A DNA stretch of 32,000 nt from Candidatus Thorarchaeota archaeon (lineage in GTDB: Archaea > Asgardarchaeota > Thorarchaeia > Thorarchaeales > Thorarchaeaceae), in the NCBI GenBank assembly GCA_008080745.1, contig SHMX01000001.1, positions 600,001 through 632,000 on the forward strand. Direction: 5' to 3'. Position numbers and translations under genes: made by a program. Position 1 is the first letter of the stretch; every line of letters starts with the position of its first letter. Below are positions 8,502 to 17,894 of this stretch, one piece after another. The notes beneath the pieces were generated by a model. It had not been told where the DNA came from and did not search any database. It was given only the letters and a program-made list of their open reading frames with translations.

Positions 8502-8544
8502 GGGAAATATTCTTTTAATTATATATATCTGCCGAATATTTCCC
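8502..8544 (-). promoter_or_regulatory. Promoter of the esterase gene: TATA box flanked by a perfect 11-bp inverted repeat
   Basis: Minus strand reads GGGAAATATTC-GGCAGATATATATAATTAAAA-GAATATTTCCC, ending 22 nt before the ATG. Confidence 0.75.
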
Positions 8545-8677
8545 TTATTTGCAATAACAGATTCATTCGGAAATCAAACTAGCATAAATGAAAATTCGAA
8601 ATTGTGATTCAGCGGAAGAGTGCTAATATAGCAAAGTCATAATACAGACGACACATTATTAGAATATGGTGTACTAA

Positions 8678-8896
8678 ATGAAAGAAATAGCAATTAAAGA
8701 CCATGAGAAGGGTGGAACCTACAAGATATATGTCAAGCGCGAAGAAGATGGTGGAATTGCTATTTATAAAAAGCCTGATGACCCAAAAAAGTTTGTATCA
8801 ATTGTTGGAAATCGGGTATATATCCATGGAGACTGGATTAGTTCCGAGGCATTCAAAGTAGTTGCTTCTGTAATCGATTGTATCGACCTGATCTAA
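8678..8896 (+). CDS. Small soluble hypothetical protein
   Basis: 72-aa ORF with ATG preceded by GGTG, natural-looking composition, fills an otherwise long intergenic gap. Confidence 0.6.
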   Translation: MKEIAIKDHEKGGTYKIYVKREEDGGIAIYKKPDDPKKFVSIVGNRVYIHGDWISSEAFKVVASVIDCIDLI

Positions 8897-8951
8897 AAGC
8901 CAATAATGTGCCACAAACTAAGGTGTAAAATACTCTCATAAGAATTATATG

Positions 8952-9027
8952 AGGAAATATACACTGTAATCATTGGTGTGTATCTAAGGTTATCATAGAG
9001 GAGATGGCCTTAATCAGGAAATATACA
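8952..9027 (+). repeat. 12-bp direct repeat AGGAAATATACA (8952-8963 and 9016-9027) upstream of the giant surface protein gene
   Basis: Two exact copies 64 bp apart; shares the GGAAATAT core with the protease/esterase boxes. Confidence 0.6.
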
Positions 9028-9043
9028 GAAGAGGCAAAACAGG

Positions 9044-12000
9044 ATGCGATGGCGTCGCTTGACCCCTGTTCTAGCCCTGATGTTTCTATTAGTTGGTTCA
9101 ACCTTATCAGGCTATCCAGCGATAGATGATGAGCAAGAGAATCAATCTGAACCGAATAGGGCGGAGAGTTCAGTACCGGACAACAGAAATGAAGGGGTCA
9201 ACCCAAAGAGGATATTAACAGAGGGTGGTTCAAAGACAGGTGTTCTAGAACCATTATTAGTGGAAACCATAGGTTATTACTCAACGGGAACTATCAGCAC
9301 GATTACTGCACCGGGTTTTAATGAAACCTTCGGGCTCCCAATTGATACAGATAACAACTGGAAAGCAAGTCTAACCGAAATCAGTTTGTGGAATCTTGAA
9401 CGACTCTATGCGATTAATGGAACGTTTGATGATGGAATTCCAGGATTCAACCAAAATCCCAATGGGTCAGTATCATATTATCCATATGGCTGGGATGCGT
9501 ATAGCAATAACACAGACCCAGATAGCGAACAGATTCAAACGGCTGGATATGATACAACTACACCATCATATATCAAATTGGAAAACCAAGGAAAGAAAGA
9601 CGGACCGTCAGGAAGGAAATTCGACCATTTTGCGGGGACATGGGTAAATTGGATACAGACCGTTAGCAACACACCATTGATTCAAAATTTCATACTAAAT
9701 TTTGATTACATTTACACATCTGGTCCGCTACATAGATCAGGCGGTGTATCTCTTGATGGTAATTGTTCACTAAAAATCTATGTGAACAATACGGAGGCAT
9801 GGAGCCAGACCCTGACTACACTTGACTCTCGAGGAACTTGGTATGAAAGTGGCGCGATTAATATCAGCCTTTCCACAGTAGGAAACTTCGATTTTAAAAT
9901 CGTATTAGAGATTGATAAAAACTTCAATGACCTAAATGCAGAGAATGATTATGATAATGATGGAATCGATGATGGGATAGCAAATGCTGCTTACATTACA
10001 GTTAACGTAGACAACGTCCATCTTATTGGAGAAATTCCTCCAACGCCAGAAAGTGTTGGGCTTCAATTTGAGGCGAATACTAATTCCACTAATATAGAAG
10101 GGTCATCAGGAATAGGAAACGCAACAATACAATCGGAAAGTTACTGGACAGATTCACCAGTTAACATCACATTATCATCCAATGTCAGCGTATCATACGA
10201 TTATGAATCTAGACTACTAAACCACAGATTTACAAATTCATCGTGGACTACAGATAATTCAAAGCAAGGTATTGCCTATTCTATAGAACCCAATTCCAGC
10301 TCAAATAATGAATTATACTTCTACCTTGGTTCAACAAGCACCTATGAAGACCAAGAGATATTTTTGTATTATCCAAAGGATTGGGATAATGCCACGATAT
10401 ATGACCCATTTCTTAATGATGTTACTTCACAGTGTACAATTACAAGTGGAGAGATTACGATTCCCACATCACTATTCAGTAGGTTAGGTTGGTGGGAAAT
10501 TACAATAGACTCACCCAATTATGCTGCAAATGCAACAGTTCAAAAATATGACAGCTCACTAGGACAATGGGAAAATAGTTCTACGTTCAGAAGCGGAAAC
10601 GAAACCAGAGCAACGATAGAGATTAGGCATAACACAGACCAACCCATTTTACAACATCCAGTTAATGTTTCACTCATAATGCCAAATGGAACGGTCTGGG
10701 CTGATGATTCCACTACTAATGATATAGGATACACGGTAAACACAAGCTCATGGACATTGGATGGACTAAACACAACAGCAGGTCAATGGTTCTATGATTA
10801 CATTTGGAGTAATGGAACTGAAGTAGCGTATGGAACTACACACTTAGAGTTGTACCATGCATCAACTTTGACACCAATCAATTCCCTTATTGAAACAGAC
10901 CATGGGTTAGTTGTAACTAACTTCATTCAGTTTGTGGACGCAGATAATGGTCAATATTTGATGAGTGATGCAGCCACAATCAAAGGTAATTGGTCAGGAA
11001 GCTTTGTCAACTTCGAACCAAATCTACTAAGAAATTGGTGGGAAGGAAGCTTTGATACCTCACTTGCGTCTAACGGTCAATTCACGGTAGTAGTAAATGC
11101 CTCACAACCATATTATGACTCTGTCAGTTGTCAATTCGTTATCGAGTCAATATATCCAACTTTGTTTACACTGACCAATGTAGGATCTGACCCTGTTGAA
11201 ACTGAAGTGTTTATGGATGAATCAATAGATTTGACCTACACTTTTGAAAATGGAACCGGAATTGTCGGTGCAGATATTCAGATGAGCTACTCGGGACCAT
11301 CAGGAGGACTAAACCAAGGAACAACAAATGATCATGGAGATGGAAACTATACAGTTACTATTACCACTCTTCAAACAGGGACCTATACAGTCACTCTGAC
11401 CGGAGTTAAAGACTACTACGAAACAACTCAAAAATCATTCACTCTTCTTGTGGGTAAGATAGATACTGACTTGACAAGTATGAATGGAACCTCAGATATA
11501 CAAGAAGTATTCCAGAGTTACAATCTCACAGTATTTTACGAGAACTCAACAGGAGATGGTCTGGGAGAATCTACTGTTCAAATAACTTCGATGTCGCCAA
11601 GCTCAGGAGTGTCCTATGGTGCTTTTGTAGATGATACAAATGGCTATTATTCAATCGAACTGACTCCAATGCAGGCTGAAACATACACATTCACTATACA
11701 AGCTAACCTATCTAATCATGAAACACAGACAACAACCTTTGTCTTAGCGGTCACACAAGTTCAGACTTCACTTACTGTAAACTTTTCGTCCGTAAGTATG
11801 GGTCTTACAGACACACTATTTGTTCAGGCATCCTATGTAGATGTCTACTCAAATGGACTTGAATCTGCAACAATCTCAGTTATAGATCAACCCGCAGCAA
11901 TTTCAGTAGATATCCAAGAGGGAGTGAATGGTAACTACTCGATTTCAATTCAATCATCACTGGTTGGCACATATATTCTAAGATTCTCAGCAAATCGAAC

Positions 12001-15000
12001 TAATTACGAAACGAGTTATGCTTCATTTTCACTGACGGTTAACCCAATTGGAACCAATTTCCAAAGTGTTAACGGAACTTCTGGGATAGTGGAGATTCTT
12101 GATGAGTATAGGCTAGTTGTCAGATATACGAACAGTACGGGATATGGTTTGGATGGAGCAAATATCCAAATTACAGCTGTAACCCCAACGACGGGGCTTG
12201 CAAATACATCATTTTCATATCTCTATGATGGGTACTATTACATTTTATTGACACCTGAAAATAAGAATACATTCACCATCGAAATCAGAGCAGAACGTCT
12301 GAATCATGCTACCAGAATTCTAACTTTTACTCTTAGTGGTTCAGAAATCCCCACAACACTTACAGCTAATATAACAAGTGCAACACTACCTGTTTATGAT
12401 TCAATAGAAGTACAGGTATCATTTGTAGATAAATATTCAAATGGTATAGAAGGAGCAACAATTAGCATAATAAATCAACCAGTAAATGTTAGTGTGACCA
12501 TTCAAGAGGTATCCGATGGAAACTATACTCTCACCTTGAGCGCTAATCTTCAAGGAACGTATCTCATAAAGGTGGGAGCCAATCGGTCAAATTACGATGA
12601 TGGAATTACCTCATTCTCACTGGTATTTGAACCAAAGGCATCGTCACTTCTTCGGGTTAATGGAACATCAGGTATAATGCAAGTCAATCAGTCGTATAGA
12701 TTAGTCATTCAATATCTAAATGGTACTGGATCTGGACTGGAAAATGCAACAACAACCATAGTTGAAATTTCACCATCCATAGGATTATCATATGGTGCTT
12801 TTAGTGAGGAGGCAGAAGGGTATTATTCGATATATCTATCCCCACAAAACACTGAAACATTCACCATTGTGATTAGAGCAAATATTACAAATCATGTCAC
12901 CCAAACAACTACTTTCACCTTGACCGGATCGGAGATTCCCACATCTTTTGTATTCAACATAACCAGCGCCACAATCGCTATTTCTGACGTTCTGGATGTC
13001 CAAGCTTCTTTCGAAGACTTCAATGGTAACGGATTAGATGGGGCCACATTGAATCTTGTTGATTCATATTCTGGATTAGATATCGGTATCACGGAAGTAA
13101 ATGATGGAAATTATACCATCACTGTGATTGCTAACGAGTCTGGAAGTTACTTGATAACTATAGCTGCTAGTGTCCCGAACTACCAGAGTCAAGTGAAATC
13201 ATTTTCTGTTATTGTAGAGTCCATTGGAACAAAAATACAAATCCTGAATGGTTCTTCTGCAATGATACAATATGGAGAAAATTATTCTGTTGTGATTCAA
13301 TACACTAACAATACAGGGTATGGTCTTGATGATGCAAATATTACTGTTCTAAGTATTAATCCAGAGGGAGGTATGAGTGTTGATGATGCAATACCTTTGG
13401 GAGAGGGATGTTTCCAGGTTGTCCTGAAACCAACCCTAACTGCCACCTACTCGATCCTCTTTCAAGCAAATCGAACAAATCACGTCACAAGAACCATAAC
13501 ATTCACATTGACTGTGAGCGACATCCCATCCATTCTTACTGTAAACACTGGAAGTAAAACAATTGCTTTGGATCAGACTTACACATTACAACTAATTTTC
13601 ACTGATGAGGATATAATGCCTCTTGACTCTGCCACGATTATTGTATTAGACCCACCCAATAGTCTCGAGTTCTCTGATGTGATTTCATTAGGCTCGGGAA
13701 AATATAACATCACAATAACACCAAGTGTAATTGGAGCATATACTCTTGCATTTCGGGCCGTTCAATCAAATTATGAGAATGCAACAGTTGGATTCAGCCT
13801 TATAATAATTGAAATCCCAACAGAGCTTTCATTCATGGGAGAATCATCCGCTTCGATTAGATTCAAAGATTCCTATGAGATAGTTATTCAATATATAAGA
13901 ACAGACTTGGTAGAAAATATCACAGAGGCTCAAATCAACTTTTACACAACCGACTCTGAAGGGCTAAATATTACAATCTCTGAGCTGGACGGACTATATT
14001 ATGTGAGAATTACAGCTTCATCTACGGGAACATGGACCCTGACTGTATCTGCATCCAGAAACAATTATCAGTCAAAATCGAAACAGTTCATACTAGAAGT
14101 TCAAAATATAGAAACAGAAACAATTCCCAATTATGACTTGGGACAAGTAGTCTATGGACGAGTCTATGAAATAGTAGCTGAATATATTTTCTCAAATAAC
14201 GAGAGTCATATTATCAATGCAAATTCAATTGTATTAGGCGACTCTATAGAATGGTTCGAAATCGTCAATTCGGAGAATGGTAGTTATATCATCAAACTGA
14301 ACCCCAATGCGTTAGGAAGATATCAGACAACAATTAGGTTGGAAAAAGAGGGATTTGAATCTCAAAGATTTCTGATTGACTACACAGTGGTTCAAGTCCC
14401 AATAGATGTTGAAGTCCTCTCATCGATGAGTGTTATGGAGGGAATGGACTTTGAGGTGAGAATAAGACTTTTTGAGAGTGACACCGGGAACCCAATAAGT
14501 GAAGCGGATGTCACTTGTGGAATCTCTCTAAATGGTAATGAGCCATCAAACGAAATCGAGATGACAGAGATAGAAGCTGGAATTTATGTTGCGACTATTA
14601 CCATGCCAATCGCATATGGTGAAGAAACCTACACATTGAGAATATTTGTGGATAAGGAATATCATACTTTGGAGGACACCTATTTTGAAACTAACCTTAT
14701 ACCCAGGTATAATGATAGTGCACGATTAACAGCAGCGGTTGTAGGCTGGTCGCCAATAATAGCTTTATTGATTGGCGGCCCATTGTTTCTTATAGTAGGA
14801 TATCGAATCTATGACAAGCGAAAACGGACTAGAATTCTTAGAAATCAAGCCGTTAAACGTCAGTTCGATGATTTACATAACCTGATTGGAGTTCTAGTTC
14901 TTCATAGGTCTAGCGGATTGCCGGTCTACTCAAAATTCCTTCGTGGAGGCTTTGATGAAGCCATGATATCTGCATTCATCACAGCTGTAACACAATTCAG

Positions 15001-15493
15001 GTTGGAGGTTGAACAGGAAAGCGAGATACCTGATGATGCACTAATCCCAGTGTCTGATATTATCAGAGTGATCTCAACAGAAACGCTAATCTGTGCATTC
15101 ATCACGGTACGAAGTCCTTCAATGTTCCATAGGGAGAAAATGATTGAATTTGGAGAAACAGTAGGAAATCAGTTTGATGAGATATTCAGACTGACTCCAG
15201 CAGAGGTTCTTGATGGAGATACACAAGATAGATTCGATGCCCTTTTTGATGAGATACTTGACGGAGCACTGCTGAAGAAATATAGACTTGATGATGATAA
15301 AGCAATTCCAAGAGATATGAGATGCCTAGAATTGGGCGCAGATGCCATGGAAAAGGGAGAGCTCGATCTTGATGAGTTGGCCAAGAAGATGGCAATGTGC
15401 GGACTTGAAGAGGGGAGGGTGTATTATCTAATCATGGAAGCTATAAAGAAAGACCTCATAAAACCTGTTGAAGGCTCTGCAGACACATACTAA
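9044..15493 (+). CDS. Giant type I membrane/cell-surface protein (2149 aa): signal peptide, large ectodomain with tandem Ig-like repeats, single TM, cytoplasmic longin-like plus winged-helix-like tail
   Basis: Many N-x-S/T sequons; alternating Ig-like repeats; TM about 14732-14803 followed by basic 'DKRKRTR'; 'LIGVLVLHRSSGLPVYSK...DEAMISAFITAVTQF' resembles a longin beta-beta-alpha start. Confidence 0.85.
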   Translation: MRWRRLTPVLALMFLLVGSTLSGYPAIDDEQENQSEPNRAESSVPDNRNEGVNPKRILTEGGSKTGVLEPLLVETIGYYSTGTISTITAPGFNETFGLPIDTDNNWKASLTEISLWNLERLYAINGTFDDGIPGFNQNPNGSVSYYPYGWDAYSNNTDPDSEQIQTAGYDTTTPSYIKLENQGKKDGPSGRKFDHFAGTWVNWIQTVSNTPLIQNFILNFDYIYTSGPLHRSGGVSLDGNCSLKIYVNNTEAWSQTLTTLDSRGTWYESGAINISLSTVGNFDFKIVLEIDKNFNDLNAENDYDNDGIDDGIANAAYITVNVDNVHLIGEIPPTPESVGLQFEANTNSTNIEGSSGIGNATIQSESYWTDSPVNITLSSNVSVSYDYESRLLNHRFTNSSWTTDNSKQGIAYSIEPNSSSNNELYFYLGSTSTYEDQEIFLYYPKDWDNATIYDPFLNDVTSQCTITSGEITIPTSLFSRLGWWEITIDSPNYAANATVQKYDSSLGQWENSSTFRSGNETRATIEIRHNTDQPILQHPVNVSLIMPNGTVWADDSTTNDIGYTVNTSSWTLDGLNTTAGQWFYDYIWSNGTEVAYGTTHLELYHASTLTPINSLIETDHGLVVTNFIQFVDADNGQYLMSDAATIKGNWSGSFVNFEPNLLRNWWEGSFDTSLASNGQFTVVVNASQPYYDSVSCQFVIESIYPTLFTLTNVGSDPVETEVFMDESIDLTYTFENGTGIVGADIQMSYSGPSGGLNQGTTNDHGDGNYTVTITTLQTGTYTVTLTGVKDYYETTQKSFTLLVGKIDTDLTSMNGTSDIQEVFQSYNLTVFYENSTGDGLGESTVQITSMSPSSGVSYGAFVDDTNGYYSIELTPMQAETYTFTIQANLSNHETQTTTFVLAVTQVQTSLTVNFSSVSMGLTDTLFVQASYVDVYSNGLESATISVIDQPAAISVDIQEGVNGNYSISIQSSLVGTYILRFSANRTNYETSYASFSLTVNPIGTNFQSVNGTSGIVEILDEYRLVVRYTNSTGYGLDGANIQITAVTPTTGLANTSFSYLYDGYYYILLTPENKNTFTIEIRAERLNHATRILTFTLSGSEIPTTLTANITSATLPVYDSIEVQVSFVDKYSNGIEGATISIINQPVNVSVTIQEVSDGNYTLTLSANLQGTYLIKVGANRSNYDDGITSFSLVFEPKASSLLRVNGTSGIMQVNQSYRLVIQYLNGTGSGLENATTTIVEISPSIGLSYGAFSEEAEGYYSIYLSPQNTETFTIVIRANITNHVTQTTTFTLTGSEIPTSFVFNITSATIAISDVLDVQASFEDFNGNGLDGATLNLVDSYSGLDIGITEVNDGNYTITVIANESGSYLITIAASVPNYQSQVKSFSVIVESIGTKIQILNGSSAMIQYGENYSVVIQYTNNTGYGLDDANITVLSINPEGGMSVDDAIPLGEGCFQVVLKPTLTATYSILFQANRTNHVTRTITFTLTVSDIPSILTVNTGSKTIALDQTYTLQLIFTDEDIMPLDSATIIVLDPPNSLEFSDVISLGSGKYNITITPSVIGAYTLAFRAVQSNYENATVGFSLIIIEIPTELSFMGESSASIRFKDSYEIVIQYIRTDLVENITEAQINFYTTDSEGLNITISELDGLYYVRITASSTGTWTLTVSASRNNYQSKSKQFILEVQNIETETIPNYDLGQVVYGRVYEIVAEYIFSNNESHIINANSIVLGDSIEWFEIVNSENGSYIIKLNPNALGRYQTTIRLEKEGFESQRFLIDYTVVQVPIDVEVLSSMSVMEGMDFEVRIRLFESDTGNPISEADVTCGISLNGNEPSNEIEMTEIEAGIYVATITMPIAYGEETYTLRIFVDKEYHTLEDTYFETNLIPRYNDSARLTAAVVGWSPIIALLIGGPLFLIVGYRIYDKRKRTRILRNQAVKRQFDDLHNLIGVLVLHRSSGLPVYSKFLRGGFDEAMISAFITAVTQFRLEVEQESEIPDDALIPVSDIIRVISTETLICAFITVRSPSMFHREKMIEFGETVGNQFDEIFRLTPAEVLDGDTQDRFDALFDEILDGALLKKYRLDDDKAIPRDMRCLELGADAMEKGELDLDELAKKMAMCGLEEGRVYYLIMEAIKKDLIKPVEGSADTY
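11460..14105 (+). repeat. Intragenic tandem repeat of a two-domain (A+B) Ig-like unit with 588-nt (196-aa) period; four full units plus an extra A
   Basis: Asn codons of the NG(T/S)S motif at 11483, 12071, 12659 and 13247, exactly 588 nt apart; copies are diverged at DNA level. Confidence 0.85.
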
Positions 15494-15554
15494 TGACAAT
15501 GCTTTCGCTTCTAAATCGAAAGAATCCTTTATGAGATGTGTCATAATCAAAATC

Positions 15555-15986
15555 ATGAAAACGCGGGTGTTATATTTGGGACTAGAGGGAAAATCTCGGA
15601 GACAAGTTTTGGCAATAATCGGATGTATAGTTCAATTAGGTTTTGGAGTGTGGCATTTTGCTGTTCCAAATCTCTATGACTGGTATACATACCTTCAAGA
15701 TATTCCACAGGAACTCATCAATGGTATAAACGCAACGAACTTTTTCCTTTCAGCTTTGATGACATTAACAGCCATCTATGCAATGTACATCTTCATCACA
15801 TCATGGGATCTTATAAAAAACCGAGATGCGCTGCTCATCATCCTATCCATCTTGTGGGTCTCACGCACAGGATATCAATTAGTTGTACCGCAGGGTACTA
15901 TGATTCCGGGATTATCAACAGTATTGCTAGTAGTATTCGGCCTCACTGCTTTGACCTTCATCATACCTTTACTTGGGAGAGAATAA
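15555..15986 (+). CDS. Hypothetical membrane protein (about 4 TM)
   Basis: Hydrophobic helices; ATG at 15555 avoids overlap with the upstream gene; stop lies 1 nt before the DUF362 start. Confidence 0.65.
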   Translation: MKTRVLYLGLEGKSRRQVLAIIGCIVQLGFGVWHFAVPNLYDWYTYLQDIPQELINGINATNFFLSALMTLTAIYAMYIFITSWDLIKNRDALLIILSILWVSRTGYQLVVPQGTMIPGLSTVLLVVFGLTALTFIIPLLGRE

Positions 15987-15987
15987 C

Positions 15988-16818
15988 ATGGACACTGTAT
16001 CGCTAATAAAAACCGATGAGAAACTGAAAAGAAGCATAGAAGCAGGTCTAGATCTCATAGGAGGTTTTGGTGGTTTACGTTCCCCGGTATTGATAAAACC
16101 CAATATATGCACGATATCGGATGGAACAGGATATTCAGTATCCGACATAAAGTTAATTGAGGCACTTGTTCAAGTTTTGTTTGAGTGGGATTCTAGCCTC
16201 TCAATACGAATAGTAGAATCTGACAGTCAGAGTAAATATGCAGATAAGGCGTTTGAAAAATTTGGATATACTGAACTTGTTGAAAAAATCAATGACAAAG
16301 GACAAGATCTCAAATTAGTGAACCTGAGTAAATCAGAATTGGTTGAAACCAATTTTGAAGGGAGATACTTCAAACATGCAAAATTGCCAAAAGAACTGGT
16401 AGAACCACACTATTTCATCACGGTGCCAGTTGCAAAAACCCACTATCTCACATGGATTACTGGAGCTCTAAAAAATCAATTTGGATTGCTACCTGAAAAG
16501 AATCAAGCATCATTCCATAAAAAAATAATCGAAATTGTAATCGATTTCAACAGACTTGTTCAACCAGAACTATGTATTATTGATGCAAGAATAGGGGTGG
16601 AGGGCTGGAACGGACCAAAAACACATGAGATAGGAGTATTGATTCTGGGACACAGACCAGTTTCTGTAGATTCTGTAATGGCTCAACTGATGTGTTTCGA
16701 ACCAGAGAAAATAGAACATCTCGTTGAATCTAGTAAGCATAATTTAGGTAGTCTATCTCCTGAGATTGTTGGAGAGAGCTTGGAATCGGTCAAAATAGAA
16801 TTTAGTTCTCCACATTGA
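15988..16818 (+). CDS. DUF362 domain (Fe-S-associated) protein
   Basis: 'VLIKPNIC', 'IVESD', 'VPVAKTHYLTWITGALKNQFG', 'CIIDA...GWNGP', 'PVSVDSV' motifs; start reassigned to the ATG at 15988. Confidence 0.85.
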   Translation: MDTVSLIKTDEKLKRSIEAGLDLIGGFGGLRSPVLIKPNICTISDGTGYSVSDIKLIEALVQVLFEWDSSLSIRIVESDSQSKYADKAFEKFGYTELVEKINDKGQDLKLVNLSKSELVETNFEGRYFKHAKLPKELVEPHYFITVPVAKTHYLTWITGALKNQFGLLPEKNQASFHKKIIEIVIDFNRLVQPELCIIDARIGVEGWNGPKTHEIGVLILGHRPVSVDSVMAQLMCFEPEKIEHLVESSKHNLGSLSPEIVGESLESVKIEFSSPH

Positions 16819-16832
16819 CCGATTCTCATTAT

Positions 16833-17684
16833 TCATTGGTTGGATATTCCAAGATCTGATTCGGTTAGAGGGCCCGCTTGTTGTAATCCTTTTCGGAGAT
16901 AGTCGTTGCTCATTCTGGTATAGACGATATAACCCGGAATTGTTTGAAGGATTAGAAAAAGAGGAATGAGTAGTGTAAATACAGCAACTTCAACAAGTCC
17001 CTCCTGTCCCGCAAACAGAAGGAAGATAGACACAAAGAAAATTACAGAAGATAGTCCAGCATAGCCCTTCAGGTATCCACTATATTGGTGATGAATTGGT
17101 TCAATATCATACAACACTCCATCCTTTTCTGGGAGATAGTATTGTAGTATACCTGCATCCTCCAGAGCCCATGATACAGCCCAAAGCCCAAATGCAAGAG
17201 GAGAAAGAAAACCAGCAATAGAGATTGTTACAGGAGGTGTATATTGCGGAAGCCCTGTTTCCGCAAGAAGATCAGCATAGTTTGTGGGAGTCATAAGAAT
17301 CTGTGGATCGATGATATTGATTACGGCCGCCATTAGACCCAAGATGAGTAAAGCTGTAAGCACTGCCCGGCCAAACCATCTCCGGATTCCGAGACGGTCA
17401 TGATGGACTGGAAGATATGCAGTCTTGTACTTGCGCATTTTCAGTCCAACTAATCGTAAAAAGAGAGGTGTAATAAGTCGTGGAAAAACTATTCCGGTTA
17501 TAATTCCTCCGAGCATAGGAATTACAAAGGCCACAACTAAGAAATGCAATGGAGTAGGAAGGCCAAATAATGGAGTAATATCACTGAAATCGGACCCGAA
17601 AAATGCCCATAACATACTTAGGATAAATCCAATCGTGGTGAGTAGAAGTAGAACTACTAAGGATCTTTTATTGATAGACGCCAT
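16833..17684 (-). CDS. Hypothetical multi-pass membrane protein (about 6 TM)
   Basis: 283-aa ORF with several TM helices; 'WALEDAG' polar motif. Confidence 0.75.
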   Translation of the reverse strand: MASINKRSLVVLLLLTTIGFILSMLWAFFGSDFSDITPLFGLPTPLHFLVVAFVIPMLGGIITGIVFPRLITPLFLRLVGLKMRKYKTAYLPVHHDRLGIRRWFGRAVLTALLILGLMAAVINIIDPQILMTPTNYADLLAETGLPQYTPPVTISIAGFLSPLAFGLWAVSWALEDAGILQYYLPEKDGVLYDIEPIHHQYSGYLKGYAGLSSVIFFVSIFLLFAGQEGLVEVAVFTLLIPLFLILQTIPGYIVYTRMSNDYLRKGLQQAGPLTESDLGISNQ

Positions 17685-17894
17685 TCAATGCACCAAAGAA
17701 TAGGTAGACATCCACATAGAAAAAAGAACCTATCATCAAATTAAATTGTGGTTAGAAATAGTTTCAATCATTGTATCCCCATAGTAGTTTCAAAATCACA
17801 ATCCTTTCCTCTGAATAATCATACAATTAACCAAAATATATCTTCACAAAAGTTTATTACAGTTTGAAACTATCCAATTATTAACTATAGTAAA

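Noticed and set aside
11460-14105. Periodic DNA as a possible array or mobile repeat
   Set aside because: In-frame, diverged protein-domain repeats inside one CDS
15468-15554. N-terminal extension of the membrane ORF overlapping the giant gene
   Set aside because: The ATG at 15555 gives a non-overlapping gene; the extension has no features
17758-17873. GTTTCAAT / TTTGAAAC words resembling CRISPR repeat ends
   Set aside because: No 25-40-bp repeat, no regular spacer period, mixed orientations and no cas genes
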